Of a DNA stretch of 64,000 nt, positions 1 through 14,600 are shown in pieces. Made by a program: the position numbers and the translations under genes. Every line of letters begins with the position of its first letter. Position 1 is the first letter of the stretch. The notes below the pieces were generated by a model that searched no databases, was not told the origin of the DNA, and saw nothing but the letters and a program-made list of their open reading frames with translations. Where the stretch lies: assembly GCA_976226885.1 (NCBI GenBank), contig OZ320318.1, positions 77,252,001 to 77,316,000 on the forward strand, in the 5' to 3' direction. Origin of the DNA: Iphione sp. A-MEVVRFRX5 (Eukaryota).

Positions 1-1414
1 AACACACAACTGAAATATAAATATAACAGAAGCACAGTTAGCAATGCTTAGACTCTAATCTTTGGAAACAACAGCCATCTCAAGTCATCTCAATGAACTG
101 ACAAAGCTGACCATCCCCCATTTTAAAGAAATAAGTAGAGGATGGTGTACACCAAGGTTAAGAAAAGACCCGTTATTACAAATTCAGTTTAGAAAGGACA
201 TGGCACTAACCAGCAAAGAGACAGCTCTACCTAAACCAAGCTCATGACATACATGGCCACCATGGTAAGAGGGCTGGAAATCAAGTCATGCAGTATTTCA
301 ACTCACTAGGGCACGATGATGTTTAGTGACCATCCTTGCTTTGGACTGCAGTGTTTCAATCGTGAAGTGAGGCAACAGGGAAAATTCAGATGGATTAAAA
401 CCGGTCACAAGAGAACTGACTAAAGGGCCTCTCTGTGAAAGATATACGTAATAATAGAATAGACCTGCTTTCATTAGAGTCTATGGGGAAAAACATAGAA
501 CTTCAAATCTACGTCTGATGTTATGATTTGACATATTTTGAATATTTGGGAAATGGCTGATTGTTTTACTGTACAAAAATGCCTCATACAGTCTCATTCA
601 TGTTTGCATATTCCATACCACTAAGCACGCACAGTAACATGATAAGCTATGAATTGAATATGGTTTAATTTTGTTCTGAATTCAATTTGCCGTTATACAT
701 GTTGGCATTGCTCTAAATTAGCCTGGATTCGATTGAAATTGACGGTATTTCTTCTTGGCCAGTGGGTTCTTTTTCTACTATTTGAGAAAGTTTAAATACA
801 TGGCGCTATCAAGCGCACAGACATGGAGTCACCTCAGCCTTTGGACAATCAGTATATTAAACCTAGGGACTCTGAACAAAATCTGTTTGTCCGGAAACCC
901 GAACAACCCCAAATTGTGGCCAGTCGTAACTTTTTATTTTCATTTTGTTTTGTGATAAAACTCTCCAGAAGGAATAAAGATAGAGATGTGCAGGCTACTA
1001 TACACCATTATATTCCTTAGGTTACCATCTTTCAGTTGATGTAAGTTTCATTAAAATCCAAGCACTAGAAATAATACTGCCATATACATTTGTTGCAGTC
1101 AGTATGCATTAACATTAATTAAACCACCCCTGCAACCCATTTCCATGTTCCTATCATCCCCCGAGTCCATTATATGCAGAAATCTCTAATTGCTGGCCCT
1201 CAGACTTTACCTAATACAAAAAAAATTAAATACCATATACTTACCGACCCTGTATATTTTCAGCTTGTTACCGGCAAAACAGGCCTTTTTTGGCCTACCT
1301 TCCTTGCCCAAGACATGGCATTAAATGAATGAATATGTTGCATGTCTCATATTGCTAGATAACACTGAATTCGTTCTGTCATTCTCTTCGAGGATTTCCG
1401 TCTGTTTGGAAACA

Positions 1415-1417
<3 letters not shown>

Positions 1418-1459
<42 letters not shown>

Positions 1460-1520
1460 CTCTCACAATCTCTCTCTCTTTCTCTCACTATCTCTCCATC
1501 TGTCTCGCTCTCTTTCTCTT
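1418..1520. repeat. (CT)n microsatellite with degenerate tail
   Basis: Pure CT run 1418-1455 followed by an imperfect CT-rich tail; explains the spurious ER/SL-repeat ORFs. Confidence 0.95.
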
Positions 1521-4500
1521 GCACGCTTCTGCTGGATAATTATTTATGACATTCGCTGTTCTTCTTGTCGTCAGAGACTCCCTATTACTTATTGAGGGTT
1601 CCATCTTGCCGTACGTCTCGTCACATTCACATCAAACACTTCCCGCCTAAAACACAAAACTGTCGTCTGCTCTTCTCAAAGCGGATAGCAGCGCAGCACC
1701 TTAAAGGCGAACGGAAGGTTTTGAGAGAAATTAAACCAGACGTATCGGCGTCGGCAGACATTAATGAGTTTCACAGTAAATGTATCTGATTTAGCTTCTT
1801 ATATTGAAATTATTAATGTTTCATGGCAATCTTTTGCTTATTCACCTTTCTTTATCCATTCCGGCGATCGGGTAACGGTTATTGGATTAGGATAAAAGGA
1901 TGAGTACTGTGTTCGTCCGATGTTGTTGTGTAATGGAGATGAAATACAAGACGATGTAGTTTGGTTTATGTCATTGCAATTAGCTTGCAGCTGTTGTTCA
2001 ATGTTGCCTTGCAGTGTACGCGTAGTTTGTAAAACAAAGATGAACAGCGAGCAATGGACCACTCATCATAAAATAGAGCTGCTTTCCTATAAACGCTTAA
2101 AATACCCTTTTATGCCGGAAAAGCCCCTTGCCCTGCATTAGTACCTCCCGATGCCATATACAGCATTAAGTAGAATTTCCAAGCACTGCCTCATGTAAGT
2201 TGTTTTTGGACTTCATCACCCAATCGACACATTGAAGTAACGTTCATCCTTGTGATGTGGAGACCTAAAATCTATTTGTGTAGTCTTTGGAAGGGAATAT
2301 TTTAGCTTCGCGATCTATTGACTGCAGAAAAGGTAGGGCATCGATGGATCGGAGTATTCAAAAGTAACAAAAAGATGGAGAAATAGCAGACGGAGGAAAC
2401 CAAGAGGGCGAAGGTTGGTCAAAAGGAGGCGCTGTTTGAAAAAGCGATCTCCTGTTACAAAACACGTTACATTGACACCTTTCAGTCAATTTAAAGCGTG
2501 CCGAAGGGAGGGCAAGTGACTGTGAAGGTTCAAGAGCTGTCTTCGCTGGGATCTGAGGTCATGTCAATGTGGGCATTATGATGATACAGAGACTGCCGCA
2601 CTAAAATGTCTGTTCCACAGGGGTCATTCAACCATGAAATAGAAACTTCGCTTGTAGCATTTAGCTCTTCTTATATAGGGGCACTTATGACCCCATATTG
2701 CCGTCACCATACGCTTGTACTGAGCCTTAATCAATTGCCCTATCGTATTACGTTGCCTTTCTATATGAACGCCCCAATGTCTTTTATTTACATGGTCTCT
2801 CTTTTCTCCGTTTACGGCCAGTTATAATATATGTGCTTTTCTTGGTACATCCTCTGTCTCTTTCAAATTCAATCTCTCCCCCTTCCCCTTATACGTTCCC
2901 TATATATGTCTCTCGTCTGTAAAATGTTTATAACAGATTCACGTACGTGTAGTTCGTTGCAGTTATTTATACTCACACAAATATATGCATAAACATGACA
3001 CGTGTAAGAAGTTTGGGTAATGCTTCAGGCTTCAGTGTATAAAAAAAATAGTACGTTCCCCTCGGAAAGTGTACTGGTGTACTTCTTGCCGTCCTCAGAT
3101 AAAGTTACTGATGGTATGAAAGCTCCCACCCTTCGCGAGTAGTAGCAGTTAGAACGGCATTTTAAGCTACGTATGCTCAATTTTTTAAAATTCATAGTCA
3201 GGGATGATTATGTCCACTTCCACACAGCATTGTCGGTATTTTTAGGTAGCTCATATTTTTTGTATTGTTTAAACCAAATTCCCAAATATGAACAGCCTGC
3301 TGTGAGACTGACCATAAATAGACCTTTTCCAGGGATTCTGTTGATTATTCTTCTTTATCAAGTTACAATTTTTCATTAAAGAACTCGCTGCTCAGTGTGG
3401 GTTGTCTTGGGAGCTCCACTCCTGCCTACCTTATATCTGGCTATAATGAGCGAGGGATGGACACGAGACAGAAAAGAAAACCCAATCACCTACACGAAAA
3501 CCCGCACGTAGTGTGCGACGAGTCGTGGGGGAGTCGCTGGGTAATGGCAGACAGGCGTCAATAATTGCCGTCAATAGAGTGAGGAGGTTGGCGTCTTTGA
3601 GGACGTGATTATACTCACTGTTTACACAACCATCACCATAATGCAAGCATCCCCCCAGCACCATTACTCTCTCAGACTGGGTGAAAGGTCTCCCCCCGCC
3701 TACTGCAAGTATTGACGCCTGTGGTGGTCCCTACAACCGTACTCACCCCCCCCCCCTTTCGCAACCTCTTTCCGTTTCCCAGAGAACGCACACATTTTTT
3801 CCCCAAACGTTTTGGGTTACAGATCAAACGCACAGGCTCAAAGAGGCGGCTTCTTTGGATATCAGCCTGTTTTTCCTCATGTATGCCTGTAATTATGATA
3901 ACAAATATTTCATATTTATCGAAGACGAAGCGACGGGTGATCGTCTCAAATGGGTAGAGACATGCACCCTTCGCATGTGGGCTGGAAGATAGTGTTGTTC
4001 ATCCACATAGGCCAGATATGGTAGAGAAAGACCCATCTAAATGGCGTTTGACCAGACGGCTAAAAATACGGTTGCTATGCTAAGTTTTACATTGTTTTCT
4101 GGCATTGTCAAAAAGTCTATCATGTCGTCTCAAAAGACAACAAAATTAATTATGTGCGTCTGTATTGGTCACATCTAATGTCAAAATCCATACCTGACAG
4201 TAGAATTACTAAATGAGGAGCACATCAGCAGATCCTAATATCAATCGACCCATCGATGGATAGAACAACATTTACAAAAATGCCACAGGATTGACACATT
4301 TTCATTGATGAATGGTTTTTTATGACAGAAAATGTGAAAGATATGGTGTTGTAGCAGTGTCTAGCAAAAGCTCAGCCTGATAGGGTTAAGCATTATGCTA
4401 ATTTCTAATGGTTATACCGCTTAGATACTATCAAGCTTCTCTTGCCATTGATTGCTAGAACCACTAAAATACTACATTCCTGAACATTGAAACGTTTTCT

Positions 4501-6699
4501 CAAGCCAAGACGTGTCCAAGTGTTGTACAGAGACACTCCAGCCATCAGAGACATGCGAGGGTGGACAATGTTCAGGCCCCCAAGTGATGTATAGTTAATA
4601 CCGACCCTGTCGTATTCTACACCCTGGTGTTTTTACGACCTGCTTGTAACATGATATCGTCTCCATCTCTTCAGTGTGTGCTCCATGCAGGGACGGCTCT
4701 CCCGTTTAGCTCTGTCTGTTCACTCGTCAGTCGTGGAGGAACGAAGCTTTTAGACACGAGCCTTTATTTAGTGTACTCTCTGAAGTCCTTACTTTTACAG
4801 GCTAGCAGACACAGCCTAAACGTGTAGGAAGATCGAGTGGATAGTTCTGAAATGATATAATTATCCGCACTAGCTGTTTGAAATGATGTTCAAGTTCAAA
4901 CACCATAATAACAAAATGGATCTGTTAGAAACCGATGCAATACACTATAAACTTGAAGACTACTACACTGCAAACATATCTTGAAAAAGGTAATCTAAGT
5001 AAGTTATGATTAAAGTCGAAATTGACGAATCTGCAACCGTTGCTAATAACGTTATGCCCAAATTATGCAACACCTTGCCTCCTTCATAATACGGTAGCTC
5101 CTAAAATTGTTGATAGCATTTCTGGTGGTCTGCATCTGAACTCAGAAAAAGCCTGCTGTCTAGCTAGCCTGCTGTACAATGTCACAAGGGACTAACAATT
5201 GTATTTAACGTAGTTTGGCTGAGGCCTAGGCGAACGAATAATTTTTTATTCGCAGGGGTCCATCCACATGCGCACTACAGAGTGGAGAAAGGAAGCAGGT
5301 CTAGTAGTATAAGCAAATGTGAAATTGCTTCGGGCAAGGTATATTTAAGCTTACACCTACCATCAACAGTGGTCCTCAGAATCTACATGCTAATATACAG
5401 ACAAACATACCGGTTTTAACCCTTCTCTGATCCAGAGTGTTTCACCTGTAGGTTATATGATTATAAATCTCAAGAAGGAAGTTCATTTCCCTATATTTAT
5501 TTCATGAAGGCACTTTGGGATGGACGTGGCGAAACGTAAATCTTGCACGATTAACGAGTACAGACTAGCAAGAAAGTAAGTTACACGATGTGGCGTTATG
5601 CAAACCATAAGGGCTTTTGTGTTCCCTGCTTCTCGTAGATGGATTTATCAATGCTGAAATTAGATAAGTGTGCTGATGAAAGCGCCACCAACGTTGTATA
5701 GTGATCATTAAATTTCTATACATCTTTCTAATCAACGCATTCAACTGAATAAATGATGGATGTGTGGTATGGAAGGGTGATTGATTGTAGAGAATCAGTT
5801 GAGGTATAGTTAATTGTGCACAGTAAGGCAGCTAGACTTATTCCCATTGTTATCACCGCCCCCGAAAAAAATAATTTGCATACCAGGGGAAATTATGAAT
5901 TATTGAATCCACTTTAGCCTTCAGATATGATTTATTTCATCTACTACACATCACTGGAACAATCAGAGGCGCTGTGCCTTAATAATGAATGCGGGGAGTA
6001 ATGGTGTGCTTGTGTTCGGCTAATCACAAGAAACTACAGGATATATGGGCTGTTTCGGTATTGAATAGTTGGGAGTGGGAAGTAATGGAAGCGGCAGATG
6101 TCATGATCTATTATGGGACTCGTGCCTGGCTCGTAGTCGTGGTCTGGGGGCGGTGGATAATTGCTTCATTTCCTAAGTTGATAACATCCAGATGCCGCGC
6201 GAAAGTGGCCTCTCCGTGCGAAGAAAGATATGGACTCGATCGGTTCACGTGTGGACGTCACACGTCACATACATAGGGAGGAGCCCTGCCAAATGCATCT
6301 CTGAAAGTAGTCTGACTAGGGTGTAAGACAAAAAAGCGGCTTTATGTATTATGCATGTTATATTCAAATGAGATGGATAAATACATTAAGAACCATCCCG
6401 AATGTCTCTCAGAGGTATGCTCAGTAGACTCCAGGAGAATAATTCATGAACGCTCCTTTTGGGTGCACACCCTGCTGCAATGGATGGGACTAATATCAAG
6501 GCTATTGAAAGCGTTATGTGTGAACTGCAGCATCGCTGCCGTGTTCAGATATCTGTTTATAGAGAATGATTATAAAAGAACGCATCATTTAGCCTCGTAA
6601 GCATGAAGATGATCCATCACACGGAAGATAATATGGTGGTAATTCAGATTCATTATGATTCAAACCCGATTTATAATTGTTGCAGGAAAGATTTTTGCA

Positions 6700-7950
6700 A
6701 GTGGTTCTTCATATGTTATCATTCAAAAGCATGTCCAAGAAACGAAGACATTTCTTTGTGATGGTCATGTATGATTCCATCGATCCCATCATCCGTCAAT
6801 ATATAAGCTAACCTTTATTGTCCCAATATCGGGCTATTTTCAGATAGCAATCATCAATGCTATTGACCAGATAATCACTTCACACATCAGATATACATAG
6901 TCTGTGCAGCATCAGCTGCCCAATATTAGCAGCCCATGATTAGCGTCCTGATATAGGGCTAATGACAGCCTGTTATATACGCAATTGCTCTCCAATATTA
7001 TGTTGGTAATTCAAAGCACTGCTCACATAATTTGTATTACCTATCTTGACGTATTGATGGTTTTAATATCAGGAGGTTTACATCAAAATACGAGAAACTG
7101 TACCGTAAAACTACTGCCGTGCTGCACTACCTGTCTGAGCTGATGTTTTTTCGATAAGCCTCTCCCCCCCCTCCCTTTCCTGTTACACACCAACAAGCAG
7201 GAGGTTGGTGCTGAAGGAGGATTAATTAGCTCGTCCACCCGCCAGCCATGAGACAGTGGTAGGTGCCATCAATCCCAACAGCCAGCCACCTGTATACCTA
7301 GCCTCCATCAACATTCGTCTAACCCACGGCCGTCCACAATCCAAGCCATCCGGCATGGTACTTAGACTCGGCCTCCTTAATTTACAGTAGGAACCACAGG
7401 GAAAACCTGGGATACTGCCATTTGACTTTGATGAAAGAACCTATTTCTAATATTAATGTATATAAAACGAGAGGAAATAGTGCCTCGATATTGAAAACAT
7501 GCTGTCCTTAGGTCTAGGAAAAGTAACTGCTTCGTGATTAGATCGCTAAAGTATATAACGCTTTTCTAATAACTCTGGAAGAGAAGAACAAATGCAATCT
7601 CATTAAAACGATTTGAGTGATATGAACCAGTTTTTGGCACGCTCGGTAAGGCACTCCTGCCATACTCAACGCTGACCAGCCCGTTGACAAGTGAAGTGGC
7701 TTAAAAAGCAAATGGAATACGCTTATACCATGGGATTTAAAGAGTATCGGGCGGACTTGCTATATTTGGCCACAGGAAGATTGACACAATTAATTAGGCG
7801 GCAGGCCTTTCGAGACAGAGCAGGAAGTAAATGGCCACTCCAGCCTGATATTCATTCTGAAATACGCCACTTTCCCCATGTGACACTTGGGCACCCCCAT
7901 GGATTTCAGTTCCTGAAAAAAGAAACAAATTGATCGGCCCATACCACATG
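6700..7950 (+). mobile_element. Highly decayed Ty3/Gypsy pol fossil (RT + RNase H)
   Basis: Motif remnants appear in the expected order across stops and frameshifts. SGYFQI at 6829-6846 (cf. DLxSGYWQI), YLD at 7042-7050 (cf. YLDD), WKRRTNAISLKRFE*YEPVF (cf. W..eq.AF..LK..L...PVL), IWPQED*HN*LGGRPFETEQ at 7764-7823 (cf. IWAVxKFxxYLxGRxFxxxTDH), KWPLQPDIHSEIRH (cf. RWxLxLQxYxFxIxH). Matched by eye only. Confidence 0.5.
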
Positions 7951-8199
7951 ACGAAGTGGGCACTCCAACTTCAGTGGTTGCCTCTTGCATGCAAGTCCAG
8001 TCCAGTGGAAGTAGGACCCCTACCAAACGTTGGAAAGACAAATGTCTTGCACGAGGGGCAGTCTTCAACAGTGGCCTGAAGGGGTAATGAATTATAAACG
8101 TTAGCTGACTAAATTCCACTATGTCTACATTCATGGACTACTTGGAGATCCTTCATTGTTATGTGTTGGTTTAAGGGAAAGGTGGGTAACGGGTGAGTG

Positions 8200-8670
8200 A
8201 AAATAGCGTTATGTGTGCTGTGTGCTGCAGTATTGCTACCTCTGGCAATAATATAATTATAATTATGTTGTGTATTTGTTCACTTCCCGTAAAACACCAT
8301 TGATCTATGCATTGCTATTAGTGGTCTAGCACAGCGCGTTATTTCCCTTTCTGATCTTTTCTAATCTGCAAATGACTGATATAGTCTGTCTTTGCTATGT
8401 GATTTGTATGGCCACGCATGTCAATAGTTTATATTGTGTCTTACAGCATTTTGTCACTTCCTGGAGAACACCCTCATTCTATGTATTGCTTTAAGTGGTC
8501 TACCTAGAGGCAGTATTTCTCCTCTCGTGTATTTACGGGTTGAGTAAAGGGATCATTGTAAGGTGGGGCCGGAGTACGTTGTTAGGCATAATGTGTGCTG
8601 CTATATGGCTACGCATGTCTATGATATATGCTGTGTATTGCCATATTTGTTCGCTTCCTTTCACACACAT
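8200..8670. repeat. Diverged tandem repeat, about 180-195 bp period, about 2.5 copies
   Basis: Recurring blocks TTTGT(T)CACTTCC...AACACC...CTATG(C/T)ATTGCT...AGTGGTCTA (about 8275 and 8451, partial about 8643) and TATGGC(C/T)ACGCATGTC (about 8407 and 8604). Confidence 0.5.
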
Positions 8671-9979
8671 TCCATCCTTGTACTACCCCTCAGACTCCCA
8701 ACCCACGGACTGCCCCCTTCTCAATCTGACTCATGGACGTGCTCTCTCCCCTCTCTCCTTCAAGAATGGTCTAAACACCCAACAACCTATAAAAGCACGT
8801 CACCTACCTAGCCCCCACCCCCGCCTTCCACCCATCCATAGGCCGACCCACCCGTCCAACCAGTCATATACACTGCCGGCCGTCCAGCCGCTCTTAACCC
8901 GTTGTCCTTTACACTGTCCGCGGCGGCAGTCCGGTCCTCGCGTCGGTCGATATTTCCCATTGACCCTTCCGACCCCTAGCGTTGGCTGCCCCCTGTCTAT
9001 ATTGTTCATATCCCACTGGTTGTCGTCCCTCCCCTAGCTACCCCCCCCCACGCTCCTGCTCCTGCTTCTGCTCCTCCTGCTCCTCCTCCAATATAATGTC
9101 TTATGACGCCCAAGGAACTCCACTCCCCTCCTCCTAAGCCTATCCGCTCTCTTTCGCGGAGCGGCCCCTGGCGGTAGCAGCCCGCATTGACACCAAGGGA
9201 CCAACACAAGCTGTGGCGACACAGCCGTCGAACGGCGAGTCCCTCGCCGTCGCCTAGTCCGGGTATTTGTGGGGCCGCGGGGGGGGGGGGAGACAGGTCA
9301 AGGGTCAAGATCGTGGAGGTCACCGATCACCACGCTCTGGTCCCTAGTCGGCTGTGTGGACACGGGCATGGGGCATGCGCATCAAAGGGGGACGGATGGA
9401 TCGGGGGTCGGGGCGGTTGGGGGGGGTTGAGTTATGCAGGAGGGTTTGGCGACGGGCTCCACGGATGTAGGAGGCTTAAAGCAAGGGCACCTATATCACC
9501 GCCCACAGAGATCAATAACCAGGCGCCACGTGCACCCTCTGGTGGCCAAGGGAAGTGGGCAGGAGGCTTGTCTGGGTATTTCAATATGGCTGATTTGATG
9601 CCGTAGTACTCAACGATTAAACCCGACTGCTGGACCAGCAGAACAGGACTATATAATTGAGACGGGGGAACGTAGTGTCACTTATGAACATATAATATAT
9701 GCGTCCTGTTCACATACGTGTGTGAACGGAAGTGTGTATTGTGTAGATAATATTACAGTATTGCATTAATGAATGTTTTTGACCTGTGCCTTTATTTCAG
9801 AACTGTTATAAACACGCTGCCGAATAAACCACTTTCCGTCGCGCCAAAAGGAAACACCATGTAAATCCTTATCTGCTATGCACCTAATGTAGTCCAAACC
9901 TCAGCCTTTCCCCGTATCGCATCTGAAGGCTCGATCTTGCCGCCAATCGGACTTTCTGGCCGCTGGCTTGGACGAATTG

Positions 9980-11100
9980 ATAACAGGGCCGCCTGGTTCT
10001 GCCTCGCCGGGTGCCTAGCAACCGTATCAAGAGGCCCTTTCAGAAGATGGCTGCTGGCCTGGTTTTCAGGAGGCCAGGGCTGAGTACGCTGGATTCGGTA
10101 CCACATTGACAGAGAGAGTTTTGTACGACTGTTTGTCATACCGAAACCGTCTCTTCGTGTTATATCACGATCGAGTGCAAAGCTAAGCTGTACTACAGTA
10201 ACTAAATTTTATCCTAATATGGAACCGATCCCTGTATCTATCCCTGTAGATACACCCTTAAAGGGACACGTTTTGTTGTCCGCGACTTATATAAAATTGA
10301 GGCAATTATTAACGTTTCTTAAGATCAAAGTCTTGTCTCTGGCAACAGCATAGATCTCAGATGTATGTTTTTAGGGCTTTAGAACTTGTCTTGTTTGTAA
10401 CAGTACAATTCAGGCTTCTTAATTATACTCAATACGAAACCAAGACTCCTGTTGGCTTCGGATGAATCTACGAATCTGATGGAACTATTGGTTAATAAAA
10501 ACCAATATAAACGAAACTGATGCATTAATTTAAGTAAATAGTCCGAAAAGTTAAATGCCGACACACTTGAGAAACTCCTTCTTGATTAATGAGTTCATGA
10601 TGGGATTGACATTTTTGGTGACCTAGAATATGAGCGAACGGTAGAAACTAAGTTAATATCCTGCCATTAAGTCAAATGTTTTTTCTATACTATCATTGAT
10701 GATACATCTTCATTGTCTTATCATTTTCAAGTTTATTGCCTTCGTTCCCGAATGCTACAGGAATAAATGAAAGCTACAACGGATATTTACTCAACCATTC
10801 TCTTTTATAAAATGTGGACGGTCATTAACGGGACCAATGTGCTTCAAGACCATACGCTACACGCGTGACAGAAAGAAACAGAAAAAAATATTTCGAGCAA
10901 GAGAACCAAGCTAATGACATCTCTACAAGCATCTCTACAAGCATCGCAAGAGCCTCATAAGGAAAAAAGCAAAGAATAGTAAATTAATTCTGACAAGAAG
11001 CGGCCTGCATTCTAGACGCAGTGGAGAAATTAGTCCCGGGAATAGAGTCTATGCTCTCTACTACCCTCAAGGAAAATGGGGAGGGGGTTAGCTTTAAGAA
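9980..11100 (+). mobile_element. Possible decayed Gypsy integrase fossil (continuation of the 6700-7950 pol)
   Basis: Weak remnants in order: RLVLP, WPGFQEARAEY, MEPIPV, CYRN, GRSLTGP, SPGNRVYALYYPQGKW. Spacings are shortened and frames broken. Confidence 0.3.
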
Positions 11101-13216
11101 ATTTTCCTGCCTCAACGAAACAGCAAGGAGAAATATACGCGGAGGATCACCTCTGTGATCACATGACCATTATCCAGGTCTTGAGATGCGTGCTCGCTGA
11201 AGGCCTTTAACAAGGGGGCTACTTGAGCACTCGGTGGTTAGGGAAGGAGCAGTTAAAGGACGACGGGCCGAATGAAAGAGCACTGCAATAGAAGGGGAAG
11301 GTCGAGTGGCTGGACAACCCGCAAGAGGTCCACGCGGGGCCTGAGAACAATATCTCCTTCACGTATACGTGTACTCAAATGCTCGGGCCAAGTACTCTTA
11401 GCCTCTCAGATCTTTTTAGATGGCTCTTCCTTTTTTCACGGGATCTCTCCAGCCATTGTGTACAGATGTAGATACAATTATGGGCACGGATATGCTCATT
11501 ATAGTATAAAATTAATTATGTGTGTGTATTTAAGTTCATTCTCTTGCCTCCCACCGGTGGGTTTGATCGATTGTTTTGACTTTGACCATCTCTATTGATC
11601 CCTCAGGATGTCGCCCACCGTTTTCACATGTACACGTTTGACGTTGGTGTAGCGGTGATTGAACACTTACATATGAAAGCAAGAAGAGAGTTACAAGCAA
11701 TTAAATTGAAAATGGCATAAGAATGGATGTTTTCTGTTTCTGGCTGTGCGTCTCTTTAACTCAATATCCGTCCCTGAATTCGGACGTTCTGCTCGTTTGG
11801 TAGAGTGACTGAGCTGTTCCCTCCTGCCAGGGATTAGTTAGATCTCTCTCCCTAATTAGGTTAAATGACATTTGTCCAAACGGCTTCTCCTCAGTTACCA
11901 CGCTAAGTGATGGAAGCGCGTTCGTAAAAGCCTCTGATTGATTGGTAAATCCTAGTTGATAGCACTTTCGTAAAATCCTCGGATCAACGGTTAAATCCTA
12001 CAGGATGTCATGTAGCTTGCTGTTTTGCAAACTTGAAAAGACAGAACTGAGTGATATTATGTGTGACATTACGTGTGTCGATTATCGGCATGTGTATTCT
12101 AATAATTCAGCAGATTACAGCCAAGACTTGTGTCACTCACCATAATACAGTGGACGTCAACACATGGTAGCCAAGAGGTGTGTGACTCTAAAGTAGTCGA
12201 CGTTCTCTATGAAAACAACTGTTTGTTTTTCATCTCAACTGGTCTTTATGAAATGGAGTATCTGAAGAGATGCAGGATCTTTAACAGGATTTCCACAGTA
12301 TTGCAGAGCCTTCATATTTCAAGGGAGATAACATGCAGTGCAATCAATATGTGCATTTCCTCATAGAATACAAAGGAGTCCTAATCGTGTGTGTATTCGT
12401 TGGGGAGAAGGAACCGGGGTCCCAATGAACGACTTGCACACGCCATCCCGATTACATTAAATATCGGCCTCTACATAGTGCAAAACGGTCATCCACTGGG
12501 GTTGACTAAAACCCACTGTGGGGCATTTTCTAGAAGGAAGCGCCTTCTCTTGTCCCCTCAGCTGAATCGCTGTGCCGTCACGATACAGCATCCCCCGTTG
12601 ATTAGAAGGCAAAGGAAGCAACTCGGAAATGATGGGAATTGGGGAAGTGGTTGCCTGCGCCGCTTTGTATCCGCCACCCTAAGTCATTTAAGGCTTCATT
12701 GGACCCCGGAGGAAGCCATATCCAAATAGCACTACTCCGTACCCTCCAGAGCCCTCATTGCTTTGGCCCCCTGCATAGATGGAGGCAGGGACCTCTGTCT
12801 CCTTGTCTACCGGTGGTTCTTGATGCTTATCGTAAACTGACGAGTTGGTGTGCAGAGGGCACAGTCATCAGGAAATCGTCATTAAACCAGCACCTAATGG
12901 AAAAAAAGTGATATCGTGTGAGCTCTCGACTTTTCTCGTAAATGATAATGTTAGGGTCACTCTACATTCCGCAAGGAAACGCTAACTTCTCGTTCTAGGA
13001 GGAATACTACCATCAGGCGAGCTTGCATTCAGTCCACACCAAGCAAAGCCTTGTACCCCAACAAGACATGGATACATCTTTCTTTTATACATATCTTTAT
13101 TTCCTTGCCAAACTAAAATGCTTATAATAGTGACGATATTAATTTTTTGATATTCCTGTAAAGGGAAACTACAGGTCACCCGTCCCTCCCATGCACACCG
13201 CGGAACACGCCGGCAG

Positions 13217-13270
13217 CACACACACACACGCACACACGCACACACACATACGCGTGCGCGCGCGGGCGCG
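13217..13270. repeat. (CA)n/(CG)n microsatellite
   Basis: Interrupted CA run 13217-13248 followed by CG dinucleotides. Confidence 0.9.
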
Positions 13271-13749
13271 TGGATTCCAGAGGAAAAGCATCTAGTTTCT
13301 ACTTGGCGACCATCTGGAGAGGGCTGTAATGTTCTGCTTTGATTGACACAACCGCAGACGGAGAGATAGGCATCAGTCTGGTTAGGCCGCAGCTAAATAA
13401 TTACTTCACCTCCCACTTGAGTAGTCGTTAGTACTCATCAGTCGGGCGAGGAACTAACTTTTATCACATCCATCAGGTCACTGTGGGACTCCATATTGGT
13501 TTAGGAGAGGACGCCCGTACTAGACTGAACTCAGGGTAAATACATATACATGTATAGTGGTGCAGTGGTGAATATCTCTCAGCAAAGGCTGGCCATGATA
13601 AATATAATTGAGAATTAGCCATATCATAAGACAAGGTTAAGTACCATTCAGAATATTTACGTAGATGCAACAGTTAGTATGTACATGCCAGATTGTCTAC
13701 CCGTTTTGATAGTTTATTGTTGGGAAAATCAACCCTGATAATATTATGT

Positions 13750-14600
13750 ATGTAGAGAGACAGAGAGATAGAGATATAATCAGAACATAGTGCCCTTCCA
13801 TAACTTGAAAGTAAGGAACTCCTCCCACTATAATTCTGTATACCAAGAAGTAGACTGGGAAGTACATATTTAAAGGGAGGCTTGTAGCACTGCTCCGTGA
13901 AAAGGATTCATTCAGAAGATATTACTCAAGAATCTGCATTTTTATTGTTTTTCCTCTAACATCATACTGAAGTATGAAGTGTAGTATGTAACCTTGGCAG
14001 CCAACCGGCAGGACCTCAGGCTCCTGTCGACGGGGTATTAAGAAATGGTTGACATACAATTCGATACTATAGACTACTATGAAGCCAGTTAGTCAGCACA
14101 AGAAATTCATCAAATTCTTTTATACAAAGCTAATTTTAGTGGTACAGCAGCCACTTGCAATTTACAACAATTTTAATTCAATCTCTTCTGGGATATATAT
14201 GAAGGTCTGTACGTATGTATCGTTACTTTGCCGTAGCTACAAATATTGGTACGAATCTGTATGTCTGATCATATAACATGTAGGTGTTCACCTATTTAAT
14301 GGTACAATCCATGCTTTGGCTAGGTATTCTCAACGCATATGATTTTGCCATTTTTCTGACCAAACTGTAAGTTATCAGAAATCAAATCTGTCTTAAGGCA
14401 CGGACGGCATTCGCCATCAGTTATGTATCCTGAGAAAACCTGTTTCATTTGTGTATCCGATAATGATTAGGTATTTGTACCTGGAATATGAGGAAAGCAT
14501 TCCATTGTATGCTGACTACATAAGTGTAACATTTGTATAGGATGTAGTGCCCTCCATATTCTTGTGCCTAAACGAATATTGCCGCATGAAAGGTGCATAT
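13750..14600 (-). mobile_element. Decayed LINE reverse-transcriptase fossil
   Basis: Minus-strand remnants in RT order: PNHYRI (cf. PxNYRxI), ISDNLQFG (cf. QxGF), GEHLHVI*SD (cf. GxxVxxxFLD), CAD*LA (cf. YADD). Many stops. Confidence 0.3.

Noticed and set aside
1321-1549. ORFs rich in ER or SL repeats
   Set aside because: Translation of the (CT)n microsatellite.
8495-9606. Several 100-180 aa Pro/Gly-rich ORFs on both strands
   Set aside because: They overlap in GC-rich low-complexity DNA, have no recognisable domain, and cannot be linked by a consistent splice model.
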